DNA of 64,000 bases from Blastocatellia bacterium (GTDB taxonomy: Bacteria; Acidobacteriota; Blastocatellia; UBA7656): the NCBI GenBank assembly GCA_963765495.1, contig CAVXWP010000008.1, forward strand, positions 576,001 through 640,000, given 5' to 3'. Below the pieces are notes generated by a model, which did no database searches, was not told where the DNA came from, and worked only from the letters and a program-made list of their open reading frames with translations. Position 1 is the stretch's first letter. Every line of letters starts with the position of its first letter. The translations under genes and the position numbers were made by a program. This document shows positions 58,252 through 64,000 of this stretch, piece after piece.

Positions 58252-58290
58252 GTGTTGCAACACTCTTTCTTTTATGCTATAACATAAGCC
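58252..58290 (+). promoter_or_regulatory. marR promoter with an overlapping palindromic operator
   Basis: GTGTTGCAACAC palindrome over the -35 TTGCAA; N17; TGnTATAAC; ATG 7 nt later. Confidence 0.7.
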
Positions 58291-58758
58291 ATGGGAGATG
58301 GATTAAAGAAGCGAATAAAGCAGGAGCAGTTCGAAAGTCCGCTACAGGAGGCTATACTCAACCTGCTGGTAGCTGCCGGGCACCTCCGCGATCGCCTTGA
58401 ACAAGTATGCGCAAAATTTGACATCACTCATCAGCAATATAACGTCTTGCGAATATTAAAAGGAAAGTACCCCGAAGGGTATGCGCGCTGCGACATATCA
58501 GAAAGAATGGTCGAAAAAGCCCCGGATGTTACAAGGTTGATTGATCGCCTGGAATCTCAAGGGCTTGTTGAAAGAAAACGCTCGGATGAGGATAGGAGGC
58601 TTGCAATCACTCGAATTACACAACAGGGACTCGATCTGCTTGAGAGCATGGCTCCCTCTCTAAAAGAGATTAACGATTATTTCGGCGAGAGAATCTCTCT
58701 AAAAGATCGCCGCGATCTTTCACGCATCTGTGAGGGCCTTTACTCCGAGGAGTTCTAG
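58291..58758 (+). CDS. MarR-family regulator
   Basis: QQYNVLRIL, DVTRLIDRLE and DRR..ITQQG motifs. Confidence 0.92.
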   Translation: MGDGLKKRIKQEQFESPLQEAILNLLVAAGHLRDRLEQVCAKFDITHQQYNVLRILKGKYPEGYARCDISERMVEKAPDVTRLIDRLESQGLVERKRSDEDRRLAITRITQQGLDLLESMAPSLKEINDYFGERISLKDRRDLSRICEGLYSEEF

Positions 58759-58765
58759 CTTTTTT

Positions 58766-58796
58766 TTGAAACATTATGTGTTATCACACGTATAAT
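58766..58796 (+). promoter_or_regulatory. putative doxX-pirin promoter with a second operator copy
   Basis: TTGAAA-N19-TATAAT containing GTGTTATCACAC. Confidence 0.5.
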
Positions 58797-58828
58797 CCAA
58801 TTGAAATGATAATCTGGAGGTAAGAGGG

Positions 58829-59233
58829 ATGAAAAGGAATTTGCTGAGAATTGGGCGAGCGCTTGTAGCGCTCATATTCATTGTTTCGGGGCTAGGGAAG
58901 ATAGCAGGGTTTGAGGCCACCAGAGAGATGATGGCCGGGGTAGGCTTTCCGATGCCGGGGCTTTTTCTGGTCGGAGCAATACTGATCGAAGTGATCGGGG
59001 GGCTGGCCCTTTTTTTTGGATACAGGGTTCAGTGGGCAGCCGGGCTGTTGATCATTTTTCTTGTGCTTGCGACGCTGATCTTTCACATCCCGTATCTGGG
59101 AGATCAGGCACAATCACAGATGCAGACGGTTCAGGTGCTAAAGAATCTGGCAATCCTCGGGGCTTTGATCAGTTTCATGACACGTGAAAACGAAGCTTTG
59201 CCGGCCGCGCTAGCCGGTACCGGCGCGCACTGA
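58829..59233 (+). CDS. DoxX-family membrane protein
   Basis: GR..ALIFIVSGLGK, IEVIGG, FH and KNLAILGAL motifs. Confidence 0.9.
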   Translation: MKRNLLRIGRALVALIFIVSGLGKIAGFEATREMMAGVGFPMPGLFLVGAILIEVIGGLALFFGYRVQWAAGLLIIFLVLATLIFHIPYLGDQAQSQMQTVQVLKNLAILGALISFMTRENEALPAALAGTGAH

Positions 59234-59266
59234 CACGGATTTGAGGGAATGGATAAGGAGGTTGAA

Positions 59267-59965
59267 ATGTTCAACATAATAAGGAACGAAGACCGTTACC
59301 ACTTTCAAAGCGACTGGCTTTCGACATACTGGCATTTCAGTTTCGATCATTATTACGATCCGGCAAACATGGGTTTCGGGCCGCTAAGGGTCTTCAATGA
59401 TGATGTGGTACAACCCGCTTCGGGCTTCCCCATGCATGGGCATAGAGAGATGGAAATCATCACCTATGTCTTGAAAGGCGAGCTTGAACACAAAGACAGC
59501 ACAGGCGGTTACGGACGGATCGGGCCCGGCGAGGTTCAAAGGATGAGCGCGGGAACAGGCATCCGCCATTCTGAATACAACGCTTCAAAAGAGAACCCCG
59601 TCCACTTGCTGCAAGTATGGTTCATGCCGTCGGTAAGCGGGCTTGAACCGGGCTATGAGCAAAAACTCTTCGATAAAGAGCAGCGCACGGGCAGATTCCT
59701 TGCGGTCGCAACGGGTCAGGATATGCCCGGCACGCTGAAGGTTCACCAGGACCTTACCTTCTATGTGGCAAATCTCCGGCCCGGCGATAAAGTAAATCAC
59801 AACCTGCGCGCAGGCAGAAGGGCATATCTTTTCGTAGTAGATGGTGAGGTAGAGGTGAACGGTAATCGGATTGTGAGCGGCGATCAGGCAAGGATTGAAG
59901 GCGAACAGGAATTGAGGTTTTCAGCAGTGAAAGACTCGGAATTGATCCTGATAGACCTTCCTTGA
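59267..59965 (+). CDS. pirin-family protein (YhhW-like)
   Basis: LRVFNDD, GFPMHGHREMEIITY and MSAGTGIRHSE motifs; RBS AAGGAGG. Confidence 0.92.
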   Translation: MFNIIRNEDRYHFQSDWLSTYWHFSFDHYYDPANMGFGPLRVFNDDVVQPASGFPMHGHREMEIITYVLKGELEHKDSTGGYGRIGPGEVQRMSAGTGIRHSEYNASKENPVHLLQVWFMPSVSGLEPGYEQKLFDKEQRTGRFLAVATGQDMPGTLKVHQDLTFYVANLRPGDKVNHNLRAGRRAYLFVVDGEVEVNGNRIVSGDQARIEGEQELRFSAVKDSELILIDLP

Positions 59966-59977
59966 TTGAGCGTTTTT

Positions 59978-60057
59978 TTTGACAGGGTCGACAGGATTTC
60001 TTAAGGATAAAACAGGTTTCTCGTTTAATCCCAAAGAATCCCGCCAATCCTGTCAAA
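59978..60057. repeat. imperfect inverted repeat built from ACAGGAT/ATCCTGT units
   Basis: TTTGACAGGGTCGACAGGATT...AATCCCGCCAATCCTGTCAAA; half copy at 51574-51591. Confidence 0.7.
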
Positions 60058-60170
60058 GCCTTTTTCACACATCACGCGGGCGACATGTGGCCGAAATCGC
60101 TCGCAAGCTTGCGCACAAATGAGACTACGCCGTATTGTTACTATTCAGGTCATATTTTTGGCCCGGCTAT

Positions 60171-62621
60171 ATGATGACAGGAAAGGTAGTCCTCCATTAT
60201 AGAATAGGTGAGCAACTCGGCGTGGGTGGCATGGGAGAGGTTTACCGCGCCGAAGACACCCGACTCGGACGCCCGGTGGCGCTCAAGTTTTTACCCGCTT
60301 CCTATCAATATGACATAGACCGGCGCGAGAGGTTTTATCGAGAAGCCCGCGCAGCTTCTGCGCTTCGTTCACCAAACATAGCGGCCATTTACGATATAGG
60401 CGAACACGAAGGGGCAAGCTTTATCGTAATGGAGCTTGTTGAAGGCGAATTGCTCTCCTTTAAATTAAAGCAGGGGCCGCTCCCAATCTGCGATACGATA
60501 GATATTGCCAGACAGATAGCCGATGCGCTTGATGAAGCGCACTCGCAAAGCATCATTCACAGAGACATAAAAAGCGCAAACATAATGATCACAGGGCGCG
60601 GGCTGGTCAAGGTACTCGACTTTGGGCTGGCCAAGGTCGCGAGGGTTGCAAATTCTGCAAAGGGCGAAAGAGATGACGACAGCGCCGGACCTACGGTCAG
60701 GCTTGGGCAGGAGACCTCAACAGGGATCGTGATGGGAACGGTCGGTTACATGTCGCCCGAGCAGGCGCTTGGTCGCAATGTTGATAATCGCTCCGACCTC
60801 TTCTCTCTCGGCGTGGTCTGCTATGAAATGCTGACCGGCAGATTGCCCTTCATGGGGGACAGCGCTACGGAGATCATAGATCAGATCGTGAATCGGGAGC
60901 CTCCGGCGGTGGCGCGCTTCAATTACAGCGTTATGCCCGAGCTTGAGAGAATACTGCGTAAAGCCCTCGAAAAGGACCCGCAGTTCCGCTATCAGACGGC
61001 TCATGATATACAGATCGATCTGCGGAATTTGCGACGCGACCTTGAAGCCAAAGACATAGTTCAGGCCAAGAGCCAGGCCCTTGAGGATCGTTTGCCCACC
61101 GTGGCGCTATCGGATTCCTCAATACTCACGACCGGCGGAATGGCCCAGCAAAAGATCAAAAACGGCGTTGCGGTTATGACCTTTTCAAACATCACAAAAG
61201 AGGCGGCTGACGATTGGATAGGCTCAGGGATAGCCGAGACCGTAACAGGCGATTTGAAGAGCGTAAAGGGAGTCTCTGTCATAGGGCGCGAGCGCGTATT
61301 TGAAGCTCTCAATAACCTCGGCTCGGGCCAGTTACTGGACCTTGATGAAAAATTCGCCATTGATATAGGCCGCAGACTTGGTGCGTCTTATATAATCAGC
61401 GGCGGCTATCAACGGCTGGTGGAGATGATTCGCATAACGGCCCGCGTAGTGGAAGTGGATACGGGCGCATTGATCAGGTCAGTAAAGATAGACGGGAAAG
61501 TGGCGGAGATATTCGACCTGCAAGACCGAATAGTTTACGAACTGAGCAAGGGGTTGAATCTTCAGCTCGACACGGCCCAGATTTCCGAGATCGAGCGAGA
61601 TGAGACGCAATCGGTTGAAGCCTACGAACATTACTCACGAGGAATGATGAATCTCCGCATGGCGAGCCGCGATTCGCTCGACCGTGCCATAATTCTTTTT
61701 GAGCAGGCCACCGGCCTTGATCCAAATTATGCACGTGCATGGGCGGCGCTTGGCGCGGCTTATGATCTCAAGGGCGAGTTTCTAACTATTCCCGAGCTTT
61801 CTTATAAGGCTATCGAGTTTGAGAAGAAAGCTATCGAATTAAACCCGATGCTTGCTCAGGCGCACAGATGGATAGGCGGCGCGTACAGCAACATTGGCAA
61901 GTATGATGAGGCGATAGAAGCTATCAAGGAAGCGGTGCGTCTGGAACCCGACAATTTTGGCAGCCACGCCTCGCTCGCTCGCACATACTGGCTGGGTAAG
62001 GGGATGCTCGATGAGGCTGTCGGAGAATTTCGCCACGCCATCTCGCTCAATGCTCAAGCGGGTTATGCATATCTCCAGCTGGGATTCCTTTATACATTGA
62101 AAGAGGATTTCGAGCGTGCAGAGACCATGTGCAAACGAGCCATCGAGTTGCAGGAAAAACTCATTTCAGGCAAGGAGGGGTTGCAGGTCGTGGGCGCGCA
62201 CACACGGCTTGGCTATGTTTATTACTGTCAGAGGCGATATGACGATGCCATTCGCGAGTACAGGCGAGAGCTTGATTTTCTCACGATGACCGATCACGCC
62301 CTGCGCGAGCGCACGATGATCGAGCTAAATCAAAAGCTCGGCTCGGCGCTTCTGAGGAGAGGTGAAACGGAGGAGGCAGAACGCCACTTCAACCTAGCCA
62401 TAAAGAAATTCGATGAGCGGGTTTCAAAAGGTGCCGACGATCCCGCGACAAAGTATTACATGGCCTGTCTTTACGCGCTGAAGGGGGACCGGGAGCGAGC
62501 AATAAAATATTTTGAAGAGACGCTTGAACGGCTGCGCGACATCAACATCGTCCGTGCGCGGAAGGACCCGGATTTCGAGACCCTTCGAGACGATCCCAAA
62601 TTCCTCAAACTCATTGCTTGA
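60171..62621 (+). CDS. Hanks-type Ser/Thr kinase with TolB-N-like and TPR domains
   Basis: GVGGMGEVY, VALK, HRDIK, DFG, MSPE; WIGSGIAETV; multiple TPRs. Confidence 0.93.
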   Translation: MMTGKVVLHYRIGEQLGVGGMGEVYRAEDTRLGRPVALKFLPASYQYDIDRRERFYREARAASALRSPNIAAIYDIGEHEGASFIVMELVEGELLSFKLKQGPLPICDTIDIARQIADALDEAHSQSIIHRDIKSANIMITGRGLVKVLDFGLAKVARVANSAKGERDDDSAGPTVRLGQETSTGIVMGTVGYMSPEQALGRNVDNRSDLFSLGVVCYEMLTGRLPFMGDSATEIIDQIVNREPPAVARFNYSVMPELERILRKALEKDPQFRYQTAHDIQIDLRNLRRDLEAKDIVQAKSQALEDRLPTVALSDSSILTTGGMAQQKIKNGVAVMTFSNITKEAADDWIGSGIAETVTGDLKSVKGVSVIGRERVFEALNNLGSGQLLDLDEKFAIDIGRRLGASYIISGGYQRLVEMIRITARVVEVDTGALIRSVKIDGKVAEIFDLQDRIVYELSKGLNLQLDTAQISEIERDETQSVEAYEHYSRGMMNLRMASRDSLDRAIILFEQATGLDPNYARAWAALGAAYDLKGEFLTIPELSYKAIEFEKKAIELNPMLAQAHRWIGGAYSNIGKYDEAIEAIKEAVRLEPDNFGSHASLARTYWLGKGMLDEAVGEFRHAISLNAQAGYAYLQLGFLYTLKEDFERAETMCKRAIELQEKLISGKEGLQVVGAHTRLGYVYYCQRRYDDAIREYRRELDFLTMTDHALRERTMIELNQKLGSALLRRGETEEAERHFNLAIKKFDERVSKGADDPATKYYMACLYALKGDRERAIKYFEETLERLRDINIVRARKDPDFETLRDDPKFLKLIA

Positions 62622-62644
62622 CAGGCATCCTTTTACAATTTGCT

Positions 62645-62729
62645 CTAAATCGAAATGCAAGAGATTGGTACAAATGAATCTGCCTTTCATTCAAATTCAT
62701 TTGTACCAATCTCTTGCATTTCGATTTAG
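62645..62729. repeat. perfect 35-bp inverted repeat with a 15-nt loop
   Basis: CTAAATCGAAATGCAAGAGATTGGTACAAATGAAT (62645-62679) and its exact reverse complement (62695-62729). Confidence 0.95.
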
Positions 62730-62795
62730 TCTGGAAAATATTTTCCCGCTCGCATTCATCTGAGATTTCAAATCTCATATCCGGGGCCGACATCT

Positions 62796-64000
62796 TCAAG
62801 GCCGAGCAAAGACTATCGGCTGGGCGGAGCTAATTCCCTTCCCTTCCTGAATAACTATCTCTTGATTGGCACCAACATCGGACAGATTATCCACCTTTCC
62901 TGAAGGCCATGCCACCTCTATCGAAGCGATCTTGTCTGCTTTGCCGAGTCCGAAGGTCAAAGGCAATTCGCTCGTCGAGGCATAGCTCGACCCGGTCTTC
63001 ACTACCTGCCACAACTTTACCCCGCTTGTGAGCTTCAACGTGACCTTTGCGCCTATCCCGTCGCGATTCGACTGAGTGCCCACGGTCTTTATTCGAAGCA
63101 GATTGTTCTGGTTTCCTCCGTCGTTTCGAATCAAACGGGCCGGTCCGTTGTTAGTAGAGATAAGGAGGTCCTGGTCTCCGTCATTATCGAAATCGCCATA
63201 GGCCGCGCCTCGCGATACCATAGCGACCTGAAGCGCCTGCCCGAGTTTCGGTGCCATCTCTTCAAATTTTTTCTTACCGAGATTGCGGAACAGATGAGGC
63301 GGCTCGGCATACTTTACCTTTGGCTGCACCTTGTTTATGTCGTCGGATACATGGCCGTTTGCGGCAAAGATGTCGGGCAATCCGTCCAGATCGTAATCGA
63401 AAAAGAAGCAGGCGAAAGAGAGCGTCAAAAGCGACGACTGGCCTATGGCCGAAGTCGGGGCCTCGTCTATAAACAACCCCGTCCCCTCGTTGTGATAAAG
63501 CGCCATCATCTCGTTTGAAAAATTGCCGATGATAAGCCCCTGTCGGCCCGATCCGTCGTAATCGGCCGCGTCAACTCCCATGCCTGCGCGGGCGGCCCCT
63601 GTCTCGCTGAAGGCGACTCCCGCCGTCATCGCCTCATCCGTAAATGTGCCGTCGCCCTTGTTTCTGTAAAGCTTGTTCGGCTGAGTGTCGTTGGCCACAA
63701 ACAGGTCGGTCCAGCCGTCGCCGTCATAATCGATCAGAGCCACGCCCAGAGACTTCGAGCTTGGATCTTTCAGCCCGGCGCGTTCGGTAGCGTTCTCAAA
63801 CGTCCCGTCGCCCTTGTTGTGGTAAAGCGTAGAGCTTTGTCCCTTGTAGGACTCGGGCGTGCAATATGACTTGTTCTTGCCGTCGAGCGTGCAGACAAGG
63901 TCTTTTTCAATCGTCCACTCGACATAGTTGCAGACAAACAGATCGAGTTTGCCGTCCTTGTCATAATCGAAAAAGGCCGCGCTTGTCGAAAAGCCGGGGT
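62796..64000 (-). CDS. CRTAC1-family FG-GAP/ASPIC-UnbV protein (5' end beyond the window)
   Basis: Repeated DYDxDGxxDL motifs, SNRDGIGA, FGLG and WPSG; frame open to the window edge. Confidence 0.9.
   Translation of the reverse strand, partial: PGFSTSAAFFDYDKDGKLDLFVCNYVEWTIEKDLVCTLDGKNKSYCTPESYKGQSSTLYHNKGDGTFENATERAGLKDPSSKSLGVALIDYDGDGWTDLFVANDTQPNKLYRNKGDGTFTDEAMTAGVAFSETGAARAGMGVDAADYDGSGRQGLIIGNFSNEMMALYHNEGTGLFIDEAPTSAIGQSSLLTLSFACFFFDYDLDGLPDIFAANGHVSDDINKVQPKVKYAEPPHLFRNLGKKKFEEMAPKLGQALQVAMVSRGAAYGDFDNDGDQDLLISTNNGPARLIRNDGGNQNNLLRIKTVGTQSNRDGIGAKVTLKLTSGVKLWQVVKTGSSYASTSELPLTFGLGKADKIASIEVAWPSGKVDNLSDVGANQEIVIQEGKGISSAQPIVFARP

Noticed and set aside
24200-64000. tRNA, rRNA or riboswitch (including tRNA-Sec near selB)
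   Set aside because: No cloverleaf or known RNA motif was recognised by eye; an Rfam scan would be needed to exclude divergent ones.

Overview
Bacterial chromosomal DNA, probably Acidobacteriota (inferred from an ADOP-type duplicated permease, a CRTAC1/ASPIC protein and a Ser/Thr kinase-TPR protein). About 1-24.2 kb is an accessory island: an IS630 element, then unrelated genes separated by about 10 co-oriented integron attC-type sites. Most belong to one ~83-86 bp family (GCCTAAC-CGCTCATTCCAGCGGACGCGC...GCGCGTCGCTGAATTCGNNGTTAGGC) and range from intact to heavily eroded. No integrase is in the window, so it reads as a CALIN or a decaying chromosomal integron array, with three pseudogenes and an orphan DNA methyltransferase at its end. 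About 24.3-64 kb is housekeeping-like: M48 protease, a divergent copper-amine-oxidase-like protein, rfaE2-selB, HD-GYP regulator, KpsF-like isomerase, an MMPL/LolA-like/TPR/ketosynthase cluster, Clp ATPase, fbaB/lacD, PBP1B, Slt, marR-doxX-pirin and a kinase. Its intergenic spaces carry several families of 7- and 9-bp-period repeat elements, often fused to stop codons. All family assignments are from motif recognition by eye; no searches were run.
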